This document shows positions 9,254 through 18,342 of a stretch of DNA of 64,000 bases, piece after piece (within the stretch, counting starts at the first letter, position 1; every line of letters starts with the position of its first letter). The notes under the pieces were generated by a model. It did not search any database. It was given only the letters and a program-made list of their open reading frames with translations, and was not told where the DNA came from. The translations under genes were made by a program, and so were the position numbers. Source of the DNA: Dehalococcoidia bacterium (GTDB lineage: Bacteria > Chloroflexota > Dehalococcoidia > UBA6926); NCBI GenBank assembly GCA_963666115.2, contig CAXXET010000001.1:1-64000 (forward strand), in the 5' to 3' direction.

Positions 9254-11053
9254 CTAGGAAGAGGGGTCGCCAGGCTTGTCGTCGTAGTAGCGCGACATGA
9301 ACAGCAGGCCGTCATGGCGCACTGCCCAGGTATGCGCGTACAGGGTCTCTGAGGATCGGACGTTGGGGAAGATGTAATTGATCCAGATGCCCTCGTCCGT
9401 GGCGGCCGCCATCTCTGCCCCGATATTCCGGTTTTGAAGCGCCACGTTGCTGAGGTTCACGCCGATGAGATGTTGGGCAAGAGGAGCGACCAGGAGAATG
9501 TCATTCGCATCGGCCAGGGTGAGTCCCCATTGACCGTCAAGGCTGTCACCATCGTTGTAGCGGGCGACTGTCGCATCCAGTCCATTGCTGTCGTAGTACT
9601 CGATGGCCTCCTGCACGTAGGAGATCGTGCGGGCCGCGGGGTCGTCAACGCGCTCGTAGTAGCCTGAGGCGAAGAGCATTCCGTCGCGCCGGACCGCGTA
9701 GGAGATCTTGGGGACTTCCTTGAGGGTGACCGGATGGGGCCAGAGGTATTCCACCCAGACTCCCTCCTCGGTGGCCTTGGCGAGTTCCACGCCCAGTTCG
9801 TAGCCGTCAGAACCCTTTACATCCTTGATGTCAGTGCCGATCAACTGGGGCAAGAGGGGGTGGACGTGATAGATGTCATTGGCGTCAGTGGCGAAGAGAT
9901 ACCATTCGCCCTCGAAACTGGCGACGCTGTTGTAGTAGTTGAGCATCGAGTCAAGGCCGTCGCGCTCATACCGTTCGATCGCCGCATTCACGAACGTGAC
10001 CGTGTACTCCTGCGGGTCGGCGTCACGCCACGCGGGGGGGCCGGTCTCCGGCTCGCCGGCGTAGTATCCGGAGGCGAAGATCAGTCCATCGTGGCGGAGG
10101 GCCCAGGTGACCTTTTGCTGTTCCCTGCGGGAAACGGGATGGGGCCAGAGGTATTCCACCCATACGCCGTCCACGGTGGCCTGCGCTATCTCATCGCCGA
10201 GCCTCTGCCCGTCTGAGCCGACGACGTCCTTGATGTCTGTGCCGATGAGGTGTGGGAAGATGGGGTGCGCCAGGTACAGGTCGTCGGCGCCAATGAGGAA
10301 CAAGTACAGCTGTCCGTCCAGGCTGGCCAGGTCGTTGTAGCGGGTTATGACGGCGTCCAAGCCCTCGTCTTCGTAAACGGCGACGGCCTTATTCACATAA
10401 TCCTTGACGGAAGCCGCCACGTCTTCCACGAGGGCGGAATGGCTTGCGGAGAATACCAGGCCGTCATAGAGGACAACAAGAACCCGCCGTGGCTCCTCCT
10501 GCTTGGTGAGCGGGTTGATGCCCTGGCTAATGCTCCACTGACCCTCTTCGCCGGCGTTGTCGATCATGCGAGTGAGGGAGGAATATGACGACCCCGGGCC
10601 AACGTACTGACCTTCCAGGGCAGGTATGTTGCGGTAGACCAACAAATCGCCTTCGACCGTGTCGATGAGGATCAGCGTTCGCCCATTCTCCGTGCTGGCC
10701 TGGGACCGGTAGAACGCGAGCGTGGCGTCCAGGCCGTTCTGCACGTAGTACTCGATTGCCTTCGCTACGTAGGCTTGCGTTATGGCGTCGTCATCCACCA
10801 TGCCGAGTCCCGGGTCCGTATCCGGGGATGCGGTGGCCCCGGGTTCAAGTGTGGCCTCCGGCATTGGGGTGGCGACGGAGTCCGGGGCTGTGGTCGCAGC
10901 GGGAACGGGGGTTGGGGTGGCGTCATCGCCGCAGGCAACGGCGAAGGCTGTGAGGGAAGCGACGATCAGCAACAAGAGCAACGGGCGGGCGATGCCCGAC
11001 ATTCGCCGACCCCTCAAAACTGTCATTGCGCTTTTCGCCGCGGTTCGCATCAT
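9254..11053 (-). CDS. Lipoprotein with four tandem single-Cache-like domains, no output domain
   Basis: GGGAGG RBS; lipobox FAVAC; PT linker; four repeats YV..AI.YY...GLDA....YN / WVEYLWPHP / DGLIFASGYY. Confidence 0.85.
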   Translation of the reverse strand: MMRTAAKSAMTVLRGRRMSGIARPLLLLLIVASLTAFAVACGDDATPTPVPAATTAPDSVATPMPEATLEPGATASPDTDPGLGMVDDDAITQAYVAKAIEYYVQNGLDATLAFYRSQASTENGRTLILIDTVEGDLLVYRNIPALEGQYVGPGSSYSSLTRMIDNAGEEGQWSISQGINPLTKQEEPRRVLVVLYDGLVFSASHSALVEDVAASVKDYVNKAVAVYEDEGLDAVITRYNDLASLDGQLYLFLIGADDLYLAHPIFPHLIGTDIKDVVGSDGQRLGDEIAQATVDGVWVEYLWPHPVSRREQQKVTWALRHDGLIFASGYYAGEPETGPPAWRDADPQEYTVTFVNAAIERYERDGLDSMLNYYNSVASFEGEWYLFATDANDIYHVHPLLPQLIGTDIKDVKGSDGYELGVELAKATEEGVWVEYLWPHPVTLKEVPKISYAVRRDGMLFASGYYERVDDPAARTISYVQEAIEYYDSNGLDATVARYNDGDSLDGQWGLTLADANDILLVAPLAQHLIGVNLSNVALQNRNIGAEMAAATDEGIWINYIFPNVRSSETLYAHTWAVRHDGLLFMSRYYDDKPGDPSS

Positions 11054-11115
11054 GCCCTGGTTTCCTCCCTGTTCTCTCAATCGATATTACGTTGGCGGGG
11101 TACAATACACAAGAT

Positions 11116-12861
11116 ATGTTCAGGAAAACCCAGGGGCGCTCCACAGTCGATTATGAGCCGGATGAGAAGTGTCCGCCTGCGGTGGCGATCACATCCGCCT
11201 TACAGATATTCGTTCCCAATACCATCAGCCTGATCATGCTGGCAGCGCTGGTTGTGCGCGCATCCGGCGAATCGGCAGCCTATATGTCATGGGTGACGTT
11301 CACCATCCTGGTCGTGACGGGAGCGGGCATGATCTTCCAGACTCTCCGGCTGCGTTACCTGGGTTCGGGCCGCCTGGTTGTGGCGAATTTCAATGTTCCG
11401 TTCCTGGCAGTTTCCGCGCTGGCGCTCTCGGTCGGCGGCCCCGGTTTGCTGGCTGCCCTCATCGTGGCGTCCACACTCGTGCAGACTGCATTGACGCTGC
11501 GGCTGGCGTCGCTCCGGCGCATATTCACCCCGACAGTGAACGGGGTGATCATCATGCTGGTGGCAGTTTCCGCCGTGCCGTTCATCGTCAGCAGGGCGGT
11601 CATTGCGCCTGAGGGCGAGCCAATTCTGCTGTTCCTGGCGCCGGGCCTGATTGCGCTGGCCGCCGGTCTGCTGATGTCCCTACAGTATAAACCCCTCTGG
11701 CGGATGTGGATCTTGCCGGCAACCGTGGCAGTGGGCCTGATTGTGGCCGTGCCACTGGGCTATTACGACTCAGACCTAGTACTCGCGACCCCGTGGGCAC
11801 GGCTGCCGGAGTTCGGATGGCCGGGGTTGGACCTGACCTTTGGCGTGGATTTCTGGGCGCTGCTGCCGGTCTTCGTGCTCGTGAATCTCACGGCCTTTCT
11901 GAAGGCCGTGGGGGACCTCTCCGTCATTCACCGCGCCTCATACCGGAATGAAGCGGCCATCGACTACCGCACGGTTCAGGGGGGGTTGAATGTGTACGGG
12001 GCGGGCACGCTTGTTTCGGGACTCCTGGGAACCGTGCCTGTTGCCGCGCCGTGGTCGGCCACCGCAGTCTACATTGGCTTTACCGGGGTCGCCGCGAGGA
12101 CTGTGGGGATATACCTCGGAGTGTTTACGCTGCTGGTCGCCCCGTTTTCCAAGCTGCTTGCCATCGTGGTCGCTATCCCGAGCCCAGTGGTCGGCGCGGT
12201 GTACGTGATCATCTTTGGGATGCTCTTCATCGAGGGGGCCAGGACGGCATTTGCCGGACAGATCGACCAGAAGAAGGCCGCGATCATCGGGGTGTCCATG
12301 GTCATGGGGCTCTCCGCCAGCATTTTCGGCGGATTCTTCGAAGGGGCATCGGGTTATCTTGTGGGCAATACGATTGTCAGCGGAGGCCTGGTGGCGGTCG
12401 CCATGACGGCATACAGCGAATTATCGGGTTTTCGCGCCAGGAAGCTGCGGATTGACTTGTCCGAGTCTTCGGCGCCTGCCGTCGATGAATTTCTCTCAGA
12501 GTTCGCGGACAAACATTCCTGGCCGGAAGAGGCGAAGAACCGCCTGCGCCTGGTAGGAGAAGAAGTGGTTGTGAGCCTCCTGGGGGAGGAAAAAGAGGAT
12601 CCTGCCAAGCGGAATCGGAGACTGGCGGCTACAATCCGGCCTGAGAGCGGCTCGGCGGAGCTTGAAATCGTGGTGGCTTCGGATGATGCCATCCAGGGCA
12701 ATATCGAGAATCGCATCGCCTACCTGGGACAGGAACAGACGCAGGAGGACGAACAGGAATTGTCGCTCCGCATCCTGCGCCACTACGCCTCATCCGTCCA
12801 CCACCGCAAGTACTACGGCCTGGACATCATCAGCTGCCACGTGGAGAGGCAGGGCCGATAA
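11116..12861 (+). CDS. NCS2 (xanthine/uracil) permease-family protein with C-terminal degenerate HATPase_c (RsbW-like) domain
   Basis: YEPDEKCP N-terminus, FTPTVNG, IPSPVVGA; C-terminal LRLVGEEVVVSL...ELSLRILRHYASSVHHRKY. Confidence 0.8.
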   Translation: MFRKTQGRSTVDYEPDEKCPPAVAITSALQIFVPNTISLIMLAALVVRASGESAAYMSWVTFTILVVTGAGMIFQTLRLRYLGSGRLVVANFNVPFLAVSALALSVGGPGLLAALIVASTLVQTALTLRLASLRRIFTPTVNGVIIMLVAVSAVPFIVSRAVIAPEGEPILLFLAPGLIALAAGLLMSLQYKPLWRMWILPATVAVGLIVAVPLGYYDSDLVLATPWARLPEFGWPGLDLTFGVDFWALLPVFVLVNLTAFLKAVGDLSVIHRASYRNEAAIDYRTVQGGLNVYGAGTLVSGLLGTVPVAAPWSATAVYIGFTGVAARTVGIYLGVFTLLVAPFSKLLAIVVAIPSPVVGAVYVIIFGMLFIEGARTAFAGQIDQKKAAIIGVSMVMGLSASIFGGFFEGASGYLVGNTIVSGGLVAVAMTAYSELSGFRARKLRIDLSESSAPAVDEFLSEFADKHSWPEEAKNRLRLVGEEVVVSLLGEEKEDPAKRNRRLAATIRPESGSAELEIVVASDDAIQGNIENRIAYLGQEQTQEDEQELSLRILRHYASSVHHRKYYGLDIISCHVERQGR

Positions 12862-12865
12862 GGGT

Positions 12866-14449
12866 CTAGAGGTTCACGACGCGGACGGTGTCTACGCCGT
12901 CGATTCCGAGAATGGCGTCGACGTGTTGGGGTTCGGGGGGCTCATCGACGTTGACGACCGTGAGGGCGGGGCCCCTGACGGACTCACGGCTGACGTGGAG
13001 GGAGGCGATGTTGATGTTGTTGGCGCCTGTGACGGTGCCGATTGCGCCCAACATGCCGGGGCGGTCCGTGTGGCTGATGATCATCCAGTGGCCGCCTGTG
13101 GGGATGATGCCGACGAGGTAGCCGTTGACCTGGATGATCTCCGTCTGGCCGCGCTCCGTGAGGGTTGCGCCGACGGCGGTTTCGCCGGTGGAGGTCTGCA
13201 CGTCCAGGCTGAGGAGGTTGGAGTAGGGCGGGGTTTGGTCGGCGTCCTTGCGCTGCTGGACGTGGATGCCGCGGCGCTGGGCCTCCGCGGCGGCGTTGAC
13301 GATGTTGATGCGCCCGCCCGCGCCGGTCTGGAGGAAGCCGCTGAGGACGGTGGCGGCGAGAATGTCCGTGGCGAGTTCGGCTATGGCACCGTGGAATGAG
13401 ATGGACAGGCGCTCCGGCTGGCCGTCCGCGAGCTGGGATGCGAGCCGCCCGACGACGAGGGCAAGGGGGATATAGGGGGCGAGTTCGGCGGCGGTTTCGG
13501 GGGGGACGAGGGGGGCGTTGACGGCGTAGCGGGGGGCGCGGCCTTCGAATACGTCGATCATCTGCTCCGCGACTTCACGGGCGACGTTGGATTGGGCTTC
13601 CTCCGTGGAGGCGCCAAGGTGGGGGGTGACGACGACGTTGGGGTGTCGGAAGAGGGGGCTGTCCTCCGGCGGCTCCGTGATGAAAACGTCAAGGGCCGCG
13701 CCGCCGATCCGGCCGCTTTCGACGGCCTCGCGCAGGGCGTCTTCGTCCACGAGGCCGCCTCGCGCGACGTTGACGAGGATTGCGCCGGGCTTCATTTGGG
13801 CAAGCTCAGACGCGCCGATCAGGCTGCGGGTGGAATCGGTCATGGGGGTGTGGAGGGTTATCACGTCGGACTGTTCAAAGATGGCGGGGAGGGTGACGAT
13901 TTCCGCGCCGAGATGGCGTCCGTGCTCCTCGGCAACAAACGGGTCGTAGCCGATGATCCGCATTTCAAAGGCGGCGGCGCGGCGGGCGACCTCCGAACCG
14001 ATGCGGCCAAGGCCGATGATGCCCAGGGTCTTGCCGCGCAGTTCCGCGCCCAGGAATTTTCTACGGTTCCATTCGCCGCCCGCGAGGGAGGAGTGGGCCT
14101 GTGGGACGTGGCGGGCGACGGACAGCATCATGGCCAGGGTGTGCTCAGCGGCGGAGATGGTGTTGGAGGAGGGGGCGTTGACGACGATGACGCCGTGGTT
14201 GGTGGCGGCATCGATGTTGATGTTGTCGTAGCCGACGCCGGCGCGGCCAACGACCTGGAGTTTTTTGGCGGCTTCAAAGACGGGCGGGGTGACCTGCGTT
14301 TCGCTGCGGACGATCAGGCCGTCGTAGTCGGGGATGGCGGCGACAAGCTCGTCCTCCTTGAGGCCAAGCCGGGTATCGGCGTTGACGCCGGCGGCGGCGA
14401 GGATTTCCGCGCCGTCGGGGGCGATGGGGTCGGCAATGAGGACACGCAT
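12866..14449 (-). CDS. serA: D-3-phosphoglycerate dehydrogenase with ACT domain
   Basis: MRVLIADP start, GRAGVGYDN, GLGRIG, TPHLGAST, DRPGMLG. Confidence 0.97.
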   Translation of the reverse strand: MRVLIADPIAPDGAEILAAAGVNADTRLGLKEDELVAAIPDYDGLIVRSETQVTPPVFEAAKKLQVVGRAGVGYDNINIDAATNHGVIVVNAPSSNTISAAEHTLAMMLSVARHVPQAHSSLAGGEWNRRKFLGAELRGKTLGIIGLGRIGSEVARRAAAFEMRIIGYDPFVAEEHGRHLGAEIVTLPAIFEQSDVITLHTPMTDSTRSLIGASELAQMKPGAILVNVARGGLVDEDALREAVESGRIGGAALDVFITEPPEDSPLFRHPNVVVTPHLGASTEEAQSNVAREVAEQMIDVFEGRAPRYAVNAPLVPPETAAELAPYIPLALVVGRLASQLADGQPERLSISFHGAIAELATDILAATVLSGFLQTGAGGRINIVNAAAEAQRRGIHVQQRKDADQTPPYSNLLSLDVQTSTGETAVGATLTERGQTEIIQVNGYLVGIIPTGGHWMIISHTDRPGMLGAIGTVTGANNINIASLHVSRESVRGPALTVVNVDEPPEPQHVDAILGIDGVDTVRVVNL

Positions 14450-14456
14450 TTTTTGC

Positions 14457-15557
14457 TTACACCGATGCTGCCGCAGGGGTGAACCCCACCTGTTGGAGGG
14501 CACGGCCCAGCACGTCGAGCGCCTCGTCCAGCTCGTCGTCCGGCATGTGGCCAAGGTGGCCGATGCGGAAGATGGAGTTGGAGAGCCTGGCCTGGCCGCC
14601 GGCGAGCACGACGCCCATGTCCGCGGCGGCCTTGCGAATGTCCGCGACGGCGATGCCGTCCGGGCAGTTGATGGCGGTGACGGTGTTGGAGGCGTATGCC
14701 TCGTTGTCCGGGAACAGGGTGAGGCCGAGGGATTTCACGCCGGCGCGGACGCGGTCGCCGGCGGCCTGGTGGCGGGCGTGGATGTTTTCCAAGCCCTCAT
14801 CGAGGAGCTGGGCAAGGGAGGCATCGAGGGCGTAGAAGGCGGGGATGGCGGGGGTCCAGGGGGTCTGGCTGCGGGCAGAGTAGTCGCGGGCGGCGGACAG
14901 ATCGAAGTAGAACTTCGGCATCGTGGACTGTTCGACGGCCTGCCAGCCGCGCGGGCTGAGGGTGACCATGGCAAGGCCGGGGGGCGCCATCCAGCCCTTT
15001 TGGGAGCCGGTGACGACGACATCGAGGCCCCATTCGTCGACGGGGCAGGGGATGGAGCCGAGGCTTGAGACGGCATCGACGACCAGGAGCTTGTCGCGCT
15101 GCTTGACGATTTGGGCGATTTCCGCAAGGGGATTGGTGACGCCGGTGGAGGTCTCGTTGTGGGTGATGAGGACGGCGGTCACGTCCGGGTTGGCATCGAG
15201 GGAGGCGGCGACGGAATCGGGGGTTGCGGCCTCCCCCCATTCGACGCGCTGCCAGCGGACGTCCGCGCCGAATGTTTCGGCGATGCGGCCGATGCGCGCG
15301 CCGAACGCGCCGATTTCGACGGCGAGAACGGGCTCGCCGGGGGAGAGGGTGTTGACGATGGCGGCTTCCAAACCGCCAGTGCCGGAGGAGGTGAGGATGA
15401 AGACATCGTTTTGTGTTTCGAATAGGGTCTTGAGCCGCGTGGTGACGCGGTCGTAGATGTCGCGGAAGATCGGGCCGCGGTGGTCGATCATGGGGCCGGA
15501 GAGGGCGTCGAGGATGTGCTGGGGTATGGGTGTGGGGCCTGGGGTTCTGAGGTTCAC
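14457..15557 (-). CDS. Class V PLP aminotransferase (alanine-glyoxylate / serine-pyruvate family; probable SerC substitute)
   Basis: TPGPT, HNETSTG, DAVSS, GSQK, FRIGHLG; directly upstream of serA. Confidence 0.92.
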   Translation of the reverse strand: MNLRTPGPTPIPQHILDALSGPMIDHRGPIFRDIYDRVTTRLKTLFETQNDVFILTSSGTGGLEAAIVNTLSPGEPVLAVEIGAFGARIGRIAETFGADVRWQRVEWGEAATPDSVAASLDANPDVTAVLITHNETSTGVTNPLAEIAQIVKQRDKLLVVDAVSSLGSIPCPVDEWGLDVVVTGSQKGWMAPPGLAMVTLSPRGWQAVEQSTMPKFYFDLSAARDYSARSQTPWTPAIPAFYALDASLAQLLDEGLENIHARHQAAGDRVRAGVKSLGLTLFPDNEAYASNTVTAINCPDGIAVADIRKAAADMGVVLAGGQARLSNSIFRIGHLGHMPDDELDEALDVLGRALQQVGFTPAAASV

Positions 15558-15618
15558 GTGGGCGCTCCTGGTTGTTTGATGTTTTGAGTATAGGGGAATA
15601 GGGGGTGGAATGGGGGCG

Positions 15619-15644
15619 CCCTTTGACAGGCTCAGGGTGAGCGG
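15619..15644 (+). repeat. REP-like hairpin type C
   Basis: CCCTTTGACAGGCTCAGGGTGAGCGG. Confidence 0.8.
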
Positions 15645-15645
15645 A

Positions 15646-15890
15646 CTACTCCATGCGCCGCTCCACCAGTGCGCGCGCTGGCGCGGCTACGTCAGGGGCG
15701 CCTTGCAGGATGGCGTTATCCGGCGTCAGTTCTGCCCCCGCACAAAGCCCAGGAGGACGTTGCGCAGCTCACTGACCAGGATGCCGGGCGCGGCCCATTC
15801 GGCGTCATGCTCCAGCAGGGCCGCTGAATCGGCCCCGTCGTCTCCTCCCACCACAAGGCGCGCCATGACGTTGGTGTCGACTACTATCAT
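15646..15890 (-). pseudogene. VapC PIN toxin remnant with internal deletion
   Basis: MIVVDTNVMARL...WAAPGILVSELRNVL then stop; C-terminal-like LTPDNAILQGAPDVA in another frame; only 245 nt in total. Confidence 0.75.
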
Positions 15891-16129
15891 GGGCGGCCGG
15901 AGTCCTTCATCTCTCGCAAGGCGTTGTCGCTCAGATCGATGCGGCCTATGCCTTCGCGCCTGAGTCGTATTCGTTCCAGGAGGGCCTGCAGGTCCACCGG
16001 CTCGGCGCTGAACGAGGCGGCCAGCCTGGCAAGTATCTCGCCGTTGAGGCTGCGATGGTTGCGGCTCGCGGCTGATTTCAGTTCTCGATGAAGGTGGTCG
16101 GGGATGCTTCGGAGCGCGAGGTCAGGCAT
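15887..16129 (-). CDS. FitA/Arc-like RHH antitoxin
   Basis: LALRSIPDHLHRELKSAASRNHRSLNGEI, ends GRP; GGGAGG RBS. Confidence 0.88.
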   Translation of the reverse strand: MPDLALRSIPDHLHRELKSAASRNHRSLNGEILARLAASFSAEPVDLQALLERIRLRREGIGRIDLSDNALREMKDSGRP

Positions 16130-16191
16130 GCGACCCTCCCTGGGCGGCTCATGCCGTATTGATGTTGTTATGGTATCACGACAGCCGGTCG

Positions 16192-16335
16192 CCCTTCGAC
16201 GGGGTCAGGGTGAGCGGGGGCTGCGCACTTGAGGCTTTGGATTCTTCGCTGCGCTCAGAATGACATGGGCGATGGATTCCGGCCTTCGCCGGAATGACGG
16301 AGGGGGGGCTGGGTTCCCGCTTTCGCGGGAAAAAG
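16192..16335 (+). repeat. Composite REP array C-B-A-A' (BIME-like)
   Basis: C 16192-16217, B (GGATTCTTCGCTGCGCTCAGAATGACA) 16239-16265, A 16274-16299, A' 16311-16335. Confidence 0.9.
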
Positions 16336-16372
16336 AGGGGGGGAGGGTGGAGGCATTGGTGGGCTTGGATTT

Positions 16373-16523
16373 TTAGTTGCCCAGCAGGCGCCGCAGGCCT
16401 GCGGAACCCAGTCCTGTCTGTTTTGGGCCGAGTATTTGCCCGAGCGTGGTTTGCGGGATGATTTCGCGCGTGTCCATCATTCAGCAGCAATCGAATGAGT
16501 CTGCGTCCGGTGATCCTAGGCAT
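16373..16523 (-). pseudogene. HicA-like toxin remnant with internal deletion
   Basis: MPRITGRRLIRLLLNDG N-terminus and TTLGQILGPKQTGLGSAGLRRLLGN* in another frame; central strand region with catalytic His missing. Confidence 0.6.
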
Positions 16524-16866
16524 GAACCGCAGCTTCTTCCGGAAGCGCGATTCGGAAGAGTCCGGGTTGGAAGAATGGCCCGATCTCTTCGCGCGGCAAG
16601 TCGATTGACGGGATCGGTATCGTCTGTGGCTCCGGTTTCACGGAATGGAACCTGATTCCGTGCTCTTCAAAGAACCGTGCCCGTTCTCCTGCTTCATCCA
16701 GAAGATCCAGATGCTCAATGACCAATCGGGGCAGTGTGGACTGCACTTGTTCAAGCGTCTTGGCGTAGGTGCTGGTGCTCAGTTCCAGGCAGACGCCGAC
16801 CCACTGCCCACCCTCGCGTTCATATTTGAGCGTGAGTTCCACGTAGCCCGCAGTTGCCGTGTTCAT
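16516..16866 (-). CDS. HicB-like antitoxin
   Basis: YEREGGQWVGVCLELSTSTYAKTLEQV HicB-type fold pattern; GGAGG RBS. Confidence 0.75.
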   Translation of the reverse strand: MNTATAGYVELTLKYEREGGQWVGVCLELSTSTYAKTLEQVQSTLPRLVIEHLDLLDEAGERARFFEEHGIRFHSVKPEPQTIPIPSIDLPREEIGPFFQPGLFRIALPEEAAVHA

Positions 16867-16962
16867 CGCATGCGCCTCCGCGCCCATTATCGCACAGGCA
16901 AACACGCAGAAGAGGTGACCCTTAACTGGTAACAGGCCCGCGCCTGCTGGATTCCCGCTTTC

Positions 16963-18183
16963 GGAGACCTTTGCGCAACTGCGGCCTTGTCTGTTTTGGG
17001 GACGCAGGTGGCGAGAAGGCGTGCGCTCTGTCGAGAATCGACGGTGCTTGACCGGCTGTCTGGTCGGCTAGATGAGCGCGATTTCAGTGGTCTGGCGGTA
17101 TCCGGCTCTCGGATTGTAGGGTCGTGCCCGCTTAGGCCGGGGCGGGGACGAGGTGAATCATCTTCCTGAGGTTGTAGGCCATCAGCTTCAGGTACATCTC
17201 CACCCTGTTGCGTCGCAAGCCCCGGTAGCGCACACGACTGTAGCCGTAGCTCCGTTTGAGCGTCCCAAAGACCTTCTCGACCGGGGAGCGGCGCGGCGCA
17301 ATCAGGTCATTCCGCAATTGGAGTCGCGGCGGCAGCACCCGCTGATGCTTGTTCGCCCGATGCATGATCCTGTCCTTGATGCCCATCTCCTTCAGCCGCC
17401 GTCGCCGCGCTTTCGATTCGTAGGCGCGGTCGCCGTACACCGCTCGCTCATCCCCGCTGATCAATTCGTCCGCCACCTCGCTCTCATACACCACGGCCGA
17501 TGTGAATTCCGCCTGGCGCACGATGCCCGTCCCCTCGTCCACCCCGGCGTGCGCCTTGTAGCCGAAGTGCGTTCGTGACCCGCGGCCGGTGCGGCTCCAG
17601 CCCGCGTCCGGGTCCGTCTCGCTCCGCGCGCCAGGCCCCGCGCTCATCGGAGGGCGTTTGACCTGCGCCTCCACCAGCGTGGCGTCCATCAATGTCCCCG
17701 ACTTGACGAGCAATCCCCGCTTGTCCAGCTGCGCGCCCAACTCCTGGAAGAGCGTCTCCGCCAAACCGCGCCGCCCCAGCTCCGTGCGGAAACGGCTGAT
17801 CGTCGAGTGATCCGGCGCGTCATCCTCAAGTCCCAGCCCCACGAAGCGGCGGAACGAGATGCGGTCCGTCAGCGCCTCCTCCATCTGGGGGTCCGAGGCG
17901 TTGTACCACTGCTGCAACAGGAGGACCTTCACCATCGTCAGCGGCGGGTAGCTGGGGCGACCCTCCGACGCCGAATAGATGTCATCCACCAACGTGGCGA
18001 ATCGATCCCAATCGATCTCTGCGCCGATGCGCTCCAGGCGCGTATTCCTGCCGAGCTTCTCCGGCAACAACGTCTCCGCCAGTGACGGCTGCCCCATCTG
18101 ACGATGCATCGCTCACCCTCCTCTCTCTCCATCCGCGCTCACCCCAATTTTGGCTTGAGTGAGAGAGTTATGCAAAGGTCTCC
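16963..18183 (-). mobile_element. IS5-family (IS1106-like) insertion sequence, 1221 bp
   Basis: 18-bp TIRs GGAGACCTTTGC(GC/AT)AACT; TTTC direct repeats at 16959-16962 and 18184-18187. Confidence 0.95.
17132..18109 (-). CDS. IS5-family DDE transposase
   Basis: GRPSYP, LQQWYNASD, PDHSTISRFR, MDAT, FGYKAH, YGDRAY, RSPVEKVFGTLKR. Confidence 0.97.
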   Translation of the reverse strand: MHRQMGQPSLAETLLPEKLGRNTRLERIGAEIDWDRFATLVDDIYSASEGRPSYPPLTMVKVLLLQQWYNASDPQMEEALTDRISFRRFVGLGLEDDAPDHSTISRFRTELGRRGLAETLFQELGAQLDKRGLLVKSGTLMDATLVEAQVKRPPMSAGPGARSETDPDAGWSRTGRGSRTHFGYKAHAGVDEGTGIVRQAEFTSAVVYESEVADELISGDERAVYGDRAYESKARRRRLKEMGIKDRIMHRANKHQRVLPPRLQLRNDLIAPRRSPVEKVFGTLKRSYGYSRVRYRGLRRNRVEMYLKLMAYNLRKMIHLVPAPA

Positions 18184-18326
18184 TTTCGCGGGAAAAAGGG
18201 AGGGGGGTGCGTTACGGGGTTTGGGTGCGTGATTGAGGCTTTGGATTCTTCGCTGCGCTCAGAATGACATGGGGGGTGGATTCCGGCCTTCGCCGGAATG
18301 ACGGACGTTGTGGGGTGGAATGACGG
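18184..18326 (+). repeat. Composite REP array (right half of A', B, A, partial A)
   Basis: B 18243-18269, A 18278-18303, extra GGAATGACGG ~18317-18326. Confidence 0.85.
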
Positions 18327-18342
18327 AGGGGGCGGGGGGGGG

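Noticed and set aside
16192-18326. Repeat arrays as CRISPR
   Set aside because: Units differ from one another, spacing is irregular, there are no unique equal-length spacers and no cas genes.
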